Positions 51,976 to 62,948 of a stretch of DNA of 64,000 bases are shown piece by piece (position 1 is the first letter of the stretch; every line of letters starts with the position of its first letter). The stretch is from positions 50,344,001 through 50,408,000 of the forward strand of contig OZ287756.1 in the NCBI GenBank assembly GCA_965649765.1, given 5' to 3'. The notes below the pieces were generated by a model. It was given only the letters and a program-made list of their open reading frames with translations. It was not told the DNA's origin and made no database searches. Made by a program: the position numbers and the translations under genes. The DNA is from Bispira polyomma (Eukaryota).

Positions 51976-53449
51976 CTACTTCTACTAACTCTTACTAAGA
52001 CTCTTCCCAAGACAATTGGTTATAAGCTTACATTTTTATACTCAAATTAATTTAATCAGTATAGTGTTGTTTGCTAGTACTGGTAAATTAATACATAACA
52101 TTTGTTGTACGTTTCCTATGGTTTTTCATTATAACTATGGCTATATACATCATTACTGGAGATACATTTTTATTGCTTATTTTCAGTATCAACAAACTTG
52201 GAAATACTAAGGATGATTTCGCAGGAAGACGTCTACCCGCGATGTCCGCCCAACAATATTCTCCTCGGGTGAATACCCTTTAAAATAATACTAAGAATAA
52301 CGGGAAAAATATTTAACTGAAGGTTTATTGTTATCATTCCCATTATTATTATATGAAAACAATGGGATTGTTAGACGATAACAATAGGAACAAACACATT
52401 TAGCAATTTTACCCTCAAGAAACTATTAATTCAATTAAATATTAGTCAGAATAATGATCAACATGTAAAACATACACTGTCATAACCATTAAATTGAATA
52501 TGAACGAGTCATGAAATTTGATCTACTAACCATTAATTTATCTAATCATGGTTCTACCTAAAGGGGTTTGATATTTTGCAACCAGGATACCAGAGGACCT
52601 CCTTGCTGTGAAATATCACCCCTACAGAATTGTTTTATCCGGACAGACTAGAAACCAGCGACTGGCTCGAAACTTTGACGTATTAAGATGTTTCCGTCTT
52701 CTATGGTGATATCATAGAATGAATGATCAGGTGCGAAATGAGTGTCTTAACGGAGTTAAGGATGTGGTTGGGGTGCAAGATTTTTGTTACCCTGGATAAA
52801 AACCGTCCAAATGGTTATATAAGGGTCACAAAGGACATTTATCCAACTTATCTAGGCTGCACCATCGAATCTATCGATTTTAATGTAGCAATGAGATGTT
52901 TCAAGCAGTATTTGTTTGAAGCTTCAATACTAACGTCTGTTGTGTATGAGTGACTTGAATTTTGAGTAGGTTGAAAAATATTTAACTCAAACTATCTATC
53001 TGATGAGAGTGATCTACCTTGTTTGTTTGAGGTAGTTAGTAATAACTTCAAGAAATGTTTATTTCTTTCTTAATTATGGGACATCTTTCTCCTCAGTCAT
53101 CTTTTGTATAAGTATGTCTTAGTTATTAAATAAGTCTAATGATATACTATAGTTGGTAATTCATCTGGAAAAAAATTAGTTTTTAGTCTGTACTGTTCAT
53201 CAGCTTTGGGTGAAAGATCGATCAATAGGAAGCTATAATGTTTTGTAATGGCATCTTGAATAACCTCTTTTAATTTTTACCCATTTCAATTTGTCTATCT
53301 AATAAAGAGACCTCTTGAATATTTGCTGGGAGTTTTCAGTAAATCTGTATACATTGTGTTTAATTTTAAGGTTCATGTGCATTTTCTTTGGTAATACAAG
53401 TTTTGGGTAACATAAATTACAGTCAAGTTATAGTGATGACTAGCTAGAA

Positions 53450-54790
53450 AGCTAGACTTGACTTACAAAAACTATCGACCTGTATCAAATCTTAGTTTTC
53501 TCTCAATGCTAAGTGAAAGGGCAGTGTTCAAGTCAATAGTCATATAGTCAGAAACAATCTACTTGATCCTCTTCAGTGTGCATACCATGCTCACCATAGC
53601 ACTGAATCTGCCTCAATTAAGATATTCAATGATCTCCTTACAAACATTGACAATGAAAAAGTTGTGTTATTATCTCTATTGGATTTGCCAGCAGCCTTTG
53701 ACACTGTCGACCATGAAATATTGCTAAAAAGACTTGAAGATGTTTTTGGTATATCAGGAAACTGCTGGAAATGGTTTACATCTTATCTAGCAGTGAGATC
53801 ACAATATATAAGTGTCAAGGATGTCAAATCAACTAGTTGTAGGTTGGATTGTGTTCCACAGGGATCTGTCCTAGGCTTATCACTATATTCTAGGTACACA
53901 AGACTGATTGGCGACATTCTAATATTCTATTCCATCTATTTGATAACAGCCAGCTGTACCTACCTGTCAATCTCAATTGTATTGATGATTAAACAACAGC
54001 CTTCAAGCAAACTGAAACCTGCATTAGTAAGCTATTTGAGTGGATGTCCCAAAAAATGTTGAAGCTCAATGATGATAAGAATCTTTAGTTATCGGATCCG
54101 GATCCAATTTCCAAAAGTCAAATGTTATTAACGATTTAATAACAGTCGGTGGATATTACACAAAGAGTGTAAATCTTGCGAAGAATATAGGTGTCTGGAT
54201 TGAATGACATTTGTCAATGTCATATCAGAATCAACAGGTCTGCAGGTCCGCTCACTACCAGATTCACAGCATATATAAAATACGCTCTTGTCTCACAAAG
54301 GAAGCAACACAGAATTTGGTGCAGGCTCCGCTAATTTCCAGGCTAGATTACGCCAATGCAATCTACTCTGGTTTACCACAAACCCTCATCGAGAAATTAC
54401 AATATGCACAAAATTGTGCTGCACGTTTCATTTGCCAAGTAAAGAAATACGACCATGTAAAATATGTTCTCAACTCACTTTATTGGCTTCCTATTAGGCA
54501 GCATAATGATTACAAGGTTAATCTTATGTGCACTTGCACCCGACTACATCACCAGCCTCATTCTGCCTTAATATTCACCTCACTCACTGCGATCTAACTC
54601 ACAGATGCTATTATCTATTCCACGGACCAAGTTTAAGACTTTTGGAGATTGTGCCTTTTGTTCAGCAGCACCAAAGTTGTGAAACAGTTTGCCCCTTACA
54701 CCTAGAAATTGCAACTGCATCCCAGTTTTTAGAAAAACATTCAAAAAGGACACAATTTCAGCTTGGCTGAGTCTTCTTTTTTTTCATCAA
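53450..54790 (+). mobile_element. Decayed L2/CR1-group LINE RT fragment
   Basis: KNYRPVSNL, HSTESAL, LLDLPAAFDTVDHEILLKRL, VPQGSVLG, ISRLDYANA, LYWLPI; many indels. Confidence 0.9.
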
Positions 54791-55678
54791 TCTCAGTACA
54801 AATTGATACCAATTAGAACCACTGCTTGTACTTCAAAGATATTCTAGTTGGTGAAGGAGTCCTAAAAGGATTTTTCCAAAGGCAAGTCAATTTCACCTGT
54901 CTTGTGTTTTAAATGTAAAGATCATAATAGTAGTAGTTGATGTAAGAGAAGAGCCTGGGTAATTTCGCTCATTAGTTTCGCTCCCTGTACAAGTAGATGG
55001 GGGGAAAGTTTCGCTCTTTTATCGCTCCCAGCAATATGAGGCCGTTTTATGGACTTGTGTATGCGGACGTTGTTACCTTCAAATTTGAAACTTTTACAAA
55101 GCGCTGATATAGGTGATGGAAAGGAAATTTAAAAAAGCGACTTCTATTCGAATATAAGGAAAGCATCAAGTGATCTCTAATAGGTAAACGAATATCTAAT
55201 AGGTAAACGAATATTATATGAGATGTTTTACCTATTCTACCCCAATTAATCTAATAGGTTAACCAATAAATATGAGATGATTGAACTCGTCAGTCCATTA
55301 TCACTCCCACAACTTTATATGGACCTGTGTATGCGGACGTTGTTACTACCAAATTTGAAAACTTTGACAAAATTGACATTATTGGAAATAAACAACAACT
55401 CAATTATAATCTAGTCTAATTTTATTAACAATATTTACATCAAATATACAAAACTTTATCTGTATATATACACATATATATATATTTTACAAAAAAAAAA
55501 CAAAAAAAACTAAAATCTATCTAGATCACACATGCAATAACACCAATTTGACATATAATATATACAACTATATATAATAAAAATTTTTTTTTTTTTTTGT
55601 TATAATAATATATTTTTTTTTTCATAAATCAAAATATAATTAATTTACACTCATAATGTCTCAAAAAAATGTCTGAAC

Positions 55679-56368
55679 TTATTCATCATGCAGAATCATT
55701 TTCAAATAGCCACAGTCTTTAGAATTTTTCTTGTGTTCATCCAGAGGTTCGTCTAAATAATCCCAGGAATGTAATATGACAGAACACCACAAACACTGAC
55801 ATCTATCGCCTAACCCTGTATACATGAACCCGGCTCTAGCTAATCTCTCTGGTCTAACTATGTTGCTGACTTTCCAACCTCTGAAGCTTTCCAGTCGGTT
55901 TTGGTACAGCTTGTAATTTCCCCTTTCTATATACTTATTTCTACTAGGAGACACCGTTTGTACATACTCACAACTGGGGTTCTGTTTGGCATGTAGTTTA
56001 AGCGGTTCATCGAAATAGTTCCAGTTCTTGAGCTGCATATGACACCAAGGACAGATGCAGTTGTCTCCATACCCGCTGTACCTGAATCCTCCTCTGGCTA
56101 GTTCTTTAGGTGTGATACCAATCCCTCTGGGCCAACCCTTGAAACTATCCAGCCTATTGTAGTAGAGTTTGTAGTCCAGCCAATCTCGACACATGCATAA
56201 GGATTCTTCAGTATACTGGAAATTTTGGAACTTATTACTAAGATCCTCCATTTTATCTATATCGTCCCCCCTCCTTCTAAAACTTGAAGATGATGCTGCC
56301 ACCACACAATCAGACTCATCTTGTCCTGTCCTTCTGCCATTTTTACTAGTTGTAGTTGTAGTAGCCAT
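55679..56368 (-). CDS. iap: Inhibitor of apoptosis with two BIR domains and no RING, 229 aa
   Basis: Two RLxSFxxW...LARxGF.Y.G.GD...CxxCx16Hx6C repeats. Confidence 0.92.
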   Translation of the reverse strand: MATTTTTSKNGRRTGQDESDCVVAASSSSFRRRGDDIDKMEDLSNKFQNFQYTEESLCMCRDWLDYKLYYNRLDSFKGWPRGIGITPKELARGGFRYSGYGDNCICPWCHMQLKNWNYFDEPLKLHAKQNPSCEYVQTVSPSRNKYIERGNYKLYQNRLESFRGWKVSNIVRPERLARAGFMYTGLGDRCQCLWCSVILHSWDYLDEPLDEHKKNSKDCGYLKMILHDE

Positions 56369-56831
56369 TCTAATCAGTCAGTTGAATCTATACCCTCAGT
56401 CATTCTCACCCCTCAATATATACACTTTTTTCCCTCCTAGAAATCTAATTATAGCTCATTACCTAACCTTTTATTATTTATAATATCATTATCTCATTAC
56501 CTGAATTACATCACCAATATCTGTTTCATAAGAACTCACCCTTCCCCACCTTTTTACATTATGTCATAGATTAACATTTACATTATGTAAATAGTAGAAC
56601 CTTTTGTCTCTTTACTCCATTTACATCCCCACTATAAATCTTTGTCATCAAATAAACTTTACACTAAATGATGTCATTTTGATATCAGACTAAAACTCTC
56701 CCTCACACAAAGAAAACTATTTGTCAGCAATTTTAACATAGTCTGAATGACATAATTTCTATATCAGTCTGAAACCCTTTGTAACACAAAGAAAACTACA
56801 TGATAGCATCTGTCCCATAGACTGACTCATA

Positions 56832-57278
56832 TTAACCAAATTTAGTATCATAAAAGGTGGTTATTTTTTTGTCATTAATATTATAATTATCACTGAAATC
56901 TTTTAATATATCCACATAGCTCTTACCCCTACATCTATGATAGGCATAATACAAACAATATTCACCACATAACATAGACCTATAACTTTGTACCCTTGTA
57001 GTATTTTTGGTATAATTATCTTGATGTCTCAAAAGGAAATTTTCAAAACTTTTTGGAATAAAACCAGCCAAGGAATCGAAATATTCTACTCGATTTTTAT
57101 CTACATACATGACTATCCAATGCTCACCCTGATGTGGATAAGGTTTGGTATTAACAATTATAATTTTAGGTAAATTTTTTAATTTTAAGGGCAATTCATT
57201 TGCTGCATATACCCCACCGTAATATTGACTGATATAATTATCAGTCAACATTTTAACTCTTAATTGAGAGGTATTCAT
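56832..57278 (-). CDS. Adenain-like cysteine protease (Polinton PRO)
   Basis: IVNT....GEHW, EYFDSL, VQ...S.LCGEYC. Confidence 0.92.
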   Translation of the reverse strand: MNTSQLRVKMLTDNYISQYYGGVYAANELPLKLKNLPKIIIVNTKPYPHQGEHWIVMYVDKNRVEYFDSLAGFIPKSFENFLLRHQDNYTKNTTRVQSYRSMLCGEYCLYYAYHRCRGKSYVDILKDFSDNYNINDKKITTFYDTKFG

Positions 57279-58576
57279 TGATCTATCGCTCTAGACTCAT
57301 CAATACTGATCATAGCCGGAAAACGAGCATATAATATAGCTGTAACACTTTCGGGTAAAGCCTTTCCAAAATTAACCGTTATCCTTGTATGTCCCTTTTT
57401 ACGTTCCGACTTTAGTGGACCGCTCACATTACTATCTATATTGAATACGTACATACAATAGCCGTTAGGATAATCGGTATATTTAATCAGATTGTTTTCA
57501 TTTTCACCATATTTACCATAAAATAGGCTATTATACGATTTGGCATAATGCCCGGTTGTATATGTGGGTCTTGCACTGATACTACCCTCTACATAACTAG
57601 GTCTAAATGGGCGACATGGAACGGGTAAACCATCAACGCTAAACTCTAAGTAATTTAAATAGTAGTGATGAAATTTAAAGGGGTTTTTTGTATAACTACT
57701 GCTATAACCTTCTCCAGGGACAAAACCTACAATTAGTTTGCTTGGCACCTGTCCATGAAAAGTTCCATCATCACTCCACATCATATTTCCTTTAGGTATG
57801 GTGAACGTTTTAAAATCACTTTGCCAATAAGGGTATAATGCAGGGCCTAATTTTAACGCCTTGGCATGGGCTAAAACTAGTTCAGGATTTAATTTTACCT
57901 GACATACTTGTAAAGCAGCATTAACCATCTCTACCTTATATTCTTGGGCATTATCACCCAACATTAATCTAAAAGTATCAGCACTGGGATATAATTTTAC
58001 ATTTATTTGCACACCATTTAATATTAGTCTTTCCTGATCTGCTAAATCATGATGTAAAGGACCATATAAATCCACCACTGTACTCAATGCACATCTATCT
58101 TGTCTCCCACCAAAACCAGTATTAGTATCACCACTTGTATCATCGTGATAAGTAGCAGTATCATTTGCAAATAGTTCATTTTCTAACTGACCCAGTTCAC
58201 CCACAAAACTATTATGTAACCAAATATCTAATAAGCTTTTATAAGGATAGTTAATTCCCACACCGGGTGAAATGTTGACTTGCTGTAGAGACAAGTCCAC
58301 CTGTCTGAAGAGGGAATGTAGGGTTAAATTTACTGGAGCCACCTTAGCTGCAGCCACTAGATTAGTTCCATCCTTATTTACAACTTTCATTGTTATATGC
58401 AACCTGCTTCTTTTTAAATCTATATAATCTGCTCCATCACCGCTTATATTAATCTCAATTACATTTCCACTTTTAATTTGTCCAGAAGGTCTGTATTCTA
58501 CCCAATCAATATGATGTATGGAGGGGTCTATTAATGGTTTTTGGAACAGAGCCACCTTTTCCTGAAAGACATTCAT
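57275..58576 (-). CDS. Polinton major capsid protein (PY-like), 433 aa
   Basis: LFQKP, IEINISGDGADYIDL, NLTLHSLFRQVDL, YPYKS, KNPFKFHHY; 4-nt overlap with the PRO gene. Confidence 0.88.
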   Translation of the reverse strand: MNVFQEKVALFQKPLIDPSIHHIDWVEYRPSGQIKSGNVIEINISGDGADYIDLKRSRLHITMKVVNKDGTNLVAAAKVAPVNLTLHSLFRQVDLSLQQVNISPGVGINYPYKSLLDIWLHNSFVGELGQLENELFANDTATYHDDTSGDTNTGFGGRQDRCALSTVVDLYGPLHHDLADQERLILNGVQINVKLYPSADTFRLMLGDNAQEYKVEMVNAALQVCQVKLNPELVLAHAKALKLGPALYPYWQSDFKTFTIPKGNMMWSDDGTFHGQVPSKLIVGFVPGEGYSSSYTKNPFKFHHYYLNYLEFSVDGLPVPCRPFRPSYVEGSISARPTYTTGHYAKSYNSLFYGKYGENENNLIKYTDYPNGYCMYVFNIDSNVSGPLKSERKKGHTRITVNFGKALPESVTAILYARFPAMISIDESRAIDQ

Positions 58577-58696
58577 CTTGTTATTTATGTTTTATCCTTT
58601 ATTTTTTTTTTTTTTTACTCGACTACAACTCGCATAACAACCGATGAATAAACTCTTCACTCAGTAACTCTCCCTATATATATACTTTTAGACGAG

Positions 58697-58993
58697 CTAT
58701 TTTTTCCCTTTCCCCCTTTTTTTCTTGTGCACCTTTTTAGTCTTTTTAGTCTTTTTAATCTTGTTGACCTTTTTACTCAATTTTTTTCTATTTTTAACAA
58801 CCTTTCCTTTTTTAGTTTTATTTTTTAATTCTGACCTAGCCATATCCACCTGTTGCTCAGTAGGTGAAATTATTGTTACCAGATCGTTCCCATTTGTGCC
58901 CCCTCCTGTCTGCTCTCCTATTATATATAGGTTTCTTTCCATTGCTAACTTCCCGTCTCTCATACTCTCACAAACTTTATTCCAATTAACCAT
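58697..58993 (-). CDS. Small Lys-rich core-like protein, 98 aa
   Basis: QTGG/G adenain-type cleavage motif, ISPTEQQVDMARSEL, very basic tail. Confidence 0.7.
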   Translation of the reverse strand: MVNWNKVCESMRDGKLAMERNLYIIGEQTGGGTNGNDLVTIISPTEQQVDMARSELKNKTKKGKVVKNRKKLSKKVNKIKKTKKTKKVHKKKRGKGKK

Positions 58994-59390
58994 TTTGACC
59001 TCTTTGTTTTATCAGTGACAATACCACAAAGGTTGGAGTATTACTAATAGTAACCTTTTTTAAATCTTTACCTCTTATATATACTCTAATTCTGGCTAAA
59101 TCTTGTCTAACCACCCTTTTATAATAAATGTGATTAAAAACTGTGGGTGAATTAACTACTCTTAAAATAGGTCTAAAATGATCTTCTATAAAACTCTCAT
59201 CTACAATATCACAATATACGTATAGCTCTTCTTTAATTTCATCACCGTAACTAATTTCAGCCAATCCACATTTCCACACTCCATCTAACTCTAACACATC
59301 GTTTAATTCGATAATAAATTCCCACGAATTATTTTGTGGGTGATATTTAGCAGAATCCGTAGAATGTATGTAGAAGTATAAATGATTCAT
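58986..59390 (-). CDS. Polinton minor capsid/penton-like protein (PX-like), 134 aa
   Basis: S.DS..YHPQN...F.IEL...L.L.G.W.CGL.EI and LYVYCDIV....PILR motifs. Confidence 0.8.
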   Translation of the reverse strand: MNHLYFYIHSTDSAKYHPQNNSWEFIIELNDVLELDGVWKCGLAEISYGDEIKEELYVYCDIVDESFIEDHFRPILRVVNSPTVFNHIYYKRVVRQDLARIRVYIRGKDLKKVTISNTPTFVVLSLIKQRGQNG

Positions 59391-59414
59391 TGTGATACTT
59401 AATGCAATAACCTA

Positions 59415-60551
59415 TTATATATCTTTAATATCTTCTTCAGTCACCCAACTGTCAAACATTGGAGAATAATTTTCCCACCTCACCAAATATTCCTTTTTGC
59501 CCCCTCTAGTTCGATTTTTAAGTATTTTTTCTATTCGATATGTAGTTTCATTATCTACATATACCTTCTGCAATTCGTTGTTAAAAAAATTACCACCGAT
59601 CAGTTTATTATTGAGATCTTTAATCTTATATTGCGCTTTACCCTGATTTGTATGTCTGTCAGCAATGGTAAAATTTTCCCCTGAATATTTTTCGTCGTAT
59701 TCTCTTTCAAAGGTTCTAGATAAATAGGCTACCTTTACCATATCTCCCACCCTATATTTATATGGTAATTTTTGTGGTGAGGGCCCAGTCTTCTTTTTTC
59801 TTCATATGTTTTTTGCTCCTTGCATTATAACCAATACTGTACTGATTTGACCACAAATCGTAATCATCCATATTTCTTGCTTTGGACGGAGTTGTTTTAA
59901 TAATTCTGTGATAAGAATTATTGTAAGCCTCAGTCAGGCTAGATAATCCATCATACCATATAAAATTGTTTTGAGCAGTCATTCGTCTAATCAACCTTAA
60001 TTTAATAGTTTTTATCACTCTCTCAGCCAAAGCTACCTTAGTCTCATTAGTACTCATAAAATGTTGTACACCTTGTCCTTTAACATAATTATGAAATATT
60101 TTGCTCTTGTACTCACTCCCATTATCTGAGATTAAAAAAATGGGGTTTGTGGGCTCCCAGTAATTGTTTAAATCCCTCCTTCATTTCTAATCCTGTGAGA
60201 TCATGCATTGGAAAGGTCCACAGATATCTGGTTAAGCTATCTATCACCACACAAAAATGTTGGTAGCTCTTATTGTATTTCTTAAATTTGATCATATTGG
60301 CTGTGTCTGTATTCCACTGTTGATCCTTTTTAACTGCTATGGTAACAGGTCTCTTAAATTTTCTTATAACTGGACGGTGTAATACAAAGGCCTCTTGTTT
60401 ACCCATCCATTCTCTTATATCTTTCTTAGTAAAAGGATATTTATTATCCTTTTTAACAAAAGTGTAGAATTTATTGAAACCGCTGAATGAGGTTGAATTT
60501 TTAGAATTGTAATATAGGTCGTGTAATTAATCGGTCTTATTTTTTTCCATT
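59415..60551 (-). pseudogene. Integrase, left-arm copy (premature TAA and two frameshifts)
   Basis: Mirror of 60979-62109 with TAT>TAA near 60527, +1 A near 60135 and +4 nt near 59795. Confidence 0.92.
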
Positions 60552-60978
60552 ATTACTCCCTTACGATTTTAAAATACAGCCTTTTTTTAAGTTCAACAGT
60601 CTTCAATATATTAAATTTGATCAGTCTTATATATTAATACCTCTCCCATTTTTTCACCCAGACAGTGTAGGCACCCCTCCTAGTGGTCTTTAACTTTAAT
60701 TTACCCGATTTATCTGGCAAACCTGTAAAAAAACACAAGCTTAAAACTATTATAAAAACCCCTCAGATTGGAAAGGGAGTAGATAATATTAAACTACCAC
60801 CACCAGGTTTGCCAGATAAATCGGGTAAATTAAAGTTAAAGACCACTAGGAGGGGTGCCTACACTGTCTGGGTTAAAAAATGGGAGAGGTATTAATATAT
60901 AAGACTGATCAAATTTAATATATTGAAGACTGTTGAACTTAAAAAAAGGCTGTATTTTAAAATCGTAAGGGAGTAATA

Positions 60979-62109
60979 ATGGAAAAAAATAAGACCGATT
61001 ATTTACACGACCTATATTACAATTCTAAAAATTCAACCTCATTCAGCGGTTTCAATAAATTTTACACTTTTGTTAAAAAGGATAATAAATATCCTTTTAC
61101 TAAGAAAGATATAAGAGAATGGATGGGTAAACAAGAGGCCTTTGTATTACACCGTCCAGTTATAAGAAAATTTAAGAGACCTGTTACCATAGCAGTTAAA
61201 AAGGATCAACAGTGGAATACAGACACAGCCAATATGATCAAATTTAAGAAATACAATAAGAGCTACCAACATTTTTGTGTGGTGATAGATAGCTTAACCA
61301 GATATCTGTGGACCTTTCCAATGCATGATCTCACAGGATTAGAAATGAAGGAGGGATTTAAACAATTACTGGGAGCCCACAAACCCCATTTTTTAATCTC
61401 AGATAATGGGAGTGAGTACAAGAGCAAAATATTTCATAATTATGTTAAAGGACAAGGTGTACAACATTTTATGAGTACTAATGAGACTAAGATAGCTTTG
61501 GCTGAGAGAGTGATAAAAACTATTAAATTAAGGTTGATTAGACGAATGACTGCTCAAAACAATTTTATATGGTATGATGGATTATCTAGCCTGACTGAGG
61601 CTTACAATAATTCTTATCACAGAATTATTAAAACAACTCCGTCCAAAGCAAGAAATATGGATGATTACGATTTGTGGTCAAATCAGTACAGTATTGGTTA
61701 TAATGCAAGGAGCAAAAAACATATGAAGAAGAAGACTGGGCCCTCACCACAAAAATTACCATATAAATATAGGGTGGGAGATATGGTAAAGGTAGCCTAT
61801 TTATCTAGAACCTTTGAAAGAGAATACGACGAAAAATATTCAGGGGAAAATTTTACCATTGCTGACAGACATACAAATCAGGGTAAAGCGCAATATAAGA
61901 TTAAAGATCTCAATAATAAACTGATCGGTGGTAATTTTTTTAACAACGAATTGCAGAAGGTATATGTAGATAATGAAACTACATATCGAATAGAAAAAAT
62001 ACTTAAAAATCGAACTAGAGGGGGCAAAAAGGAATATTTGGTGAGGTGGGAAAATTATTCTCCAATGTTTGACAGTTGGGTGACTGAAGAAGATATTAAA
62101 GATATATAA
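60979..62109 (+). CDS. Polinton rve integrase with C-terminal chromodomain, 376 aa
   Basis: QWNTD, VVIDSLTRY, SDNGSEY, ALAERVIKTIK, YNNSYHR; IEKIL..R.....EYLVRW..Y...FDSWV. Confidence 0.95.
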   Translation: MEKNKTDYLHDLYYNSKNSTSFSGFNKFYTFVKKDNKYPFTKKDIREWMGKQEAFVLHRPVIRKFKRPVTIAVKKDQQWNTDTANMIKFKKYNKSYQHFCVVIDSLTRYLWTFPMHDLTGLEMKEGFKQLLGAHKPHFLISDNGSEYKSKIFHNYVKGQGVQHFMSTNETKIALAERVIKTIKLRLIRRMTAQNNFIWYDGLSSLTEAYNNSYHRIIKTTPSKARNMDDYDLWSNQYSIGYNARSKKHMKKKTGPSPQKLPYKYRVGDMVKVAYLSRTFEREYDEKYSGENFTIADRHTNQGKAQYKIKDLNNKLIGGNFFNNELQKVYVDNETTYRIEKILKNRTRGGKKEYLVRWENYSPMFDSWVTEEDIKDI

Positions 62110-62133
62110 TAGGTTATTGCATTAAGTATCACA

Positions 62134-62538
62134 ATGAATCATTTATACTTCTACATACATTCTACGGATTCTGCTAAATATCACCCACAAAATAATTCGT
62201 GGGAATTTATTATCGAATTAAACGATGTGTTAGAGTTAGATGGAGTGTGGAAATGTGGATTGGCTGAAATTAGTTACGGTGATGAAATTAAAGAAGAGCT
62301 ATACGTATATTGTGATATTGTAGATGAGAGTTTTATAGAAGATCATTGTAGACCTATTTTAAGAGTAGTTAATTCACCCACAGTTTTTAATCACATTTAT
62401 TATAAAAGGGTGGTTAGACAAGATTTAGCCAGAATTAGAGTATATATAAGAGGTAAAGATTTAAAAAAGGTTACTATTAGTAATACTCCAACCTTTGTGG
62501 TATTGTCACTGATAAAACAAAGAGGTCAAAATGGTTAA
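62134..62538 (+). CDS. Penton-like protein, right-arm copy
   Basis: Same as 58986-59390 except DHF/DHC. Confidence 0.8.
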   Translation: MNHLYFYIHSTDSAKYHPQNNSWEFIIELNDVLELDGVWKCGLAEISYGDEIKEELYVYCDIVDESFIEDHCRPILRVVNSPTVFNHIYYKRVVRQDLARIRVYIRGKDLKKVTISNTPTFVVLSLIKQRGQNG

Positions 62539-62828
62539 TTGGAATAAAGTTTGTGAGAGTATGAGAGACGGGAAGTTAGCAATGGAAAGAAACCTATATA
62601 TAATAGGAGAGCAGACAGGAGGGGGCACAAATGGGAACGATCTGGTAACAATAATTTCACCTACTGAGCAACAGGTGGATATGGCTAGGTCAGAATTAAA
62701 AAATAAAACTAAAAAAGGAAAGGTTGTTAAAAATAGAAAAAAAATTGAGTAAAAAGGTCAACAAGATTAAAAAGACTAAAAAGACTAAAAAGGTGCACAA
62801 GAAAAAAAGGGGGAAAGGGAAAAAATAG
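62531..62828 (+). pseudogene. Core-like protein, right-arm copy with +1 A frameshift
   Basis: A8 versus A7 run near 62740 truncates the ORF at 73 aa. Confidence 0.7.
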
Positions 62829-62948
62829 CTCGTCTAAAAGTATATATATAGGGAGAGTTACTGAGTGAAGAGTTTATTCATCGGTTGTTATGCGAGTTGT
62901 AGTCGAGTAAAAAAAAAAAAAAATAAAGGATAAAACATAAATAACAAG

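Noticed and set aside
52500-53440. Additional decayed Polinton-like gene on the minus strand
   Set aside because: Only vague similarity by eye with many stops; not supportable without a search
60683-60895. 70-aa standalone gene at the palindrome centre
   Set aside because: Chimeric ORF: its start comes from the inverted arm, and only the part from ~60726 is the 3' end of a truncated Polinton gene
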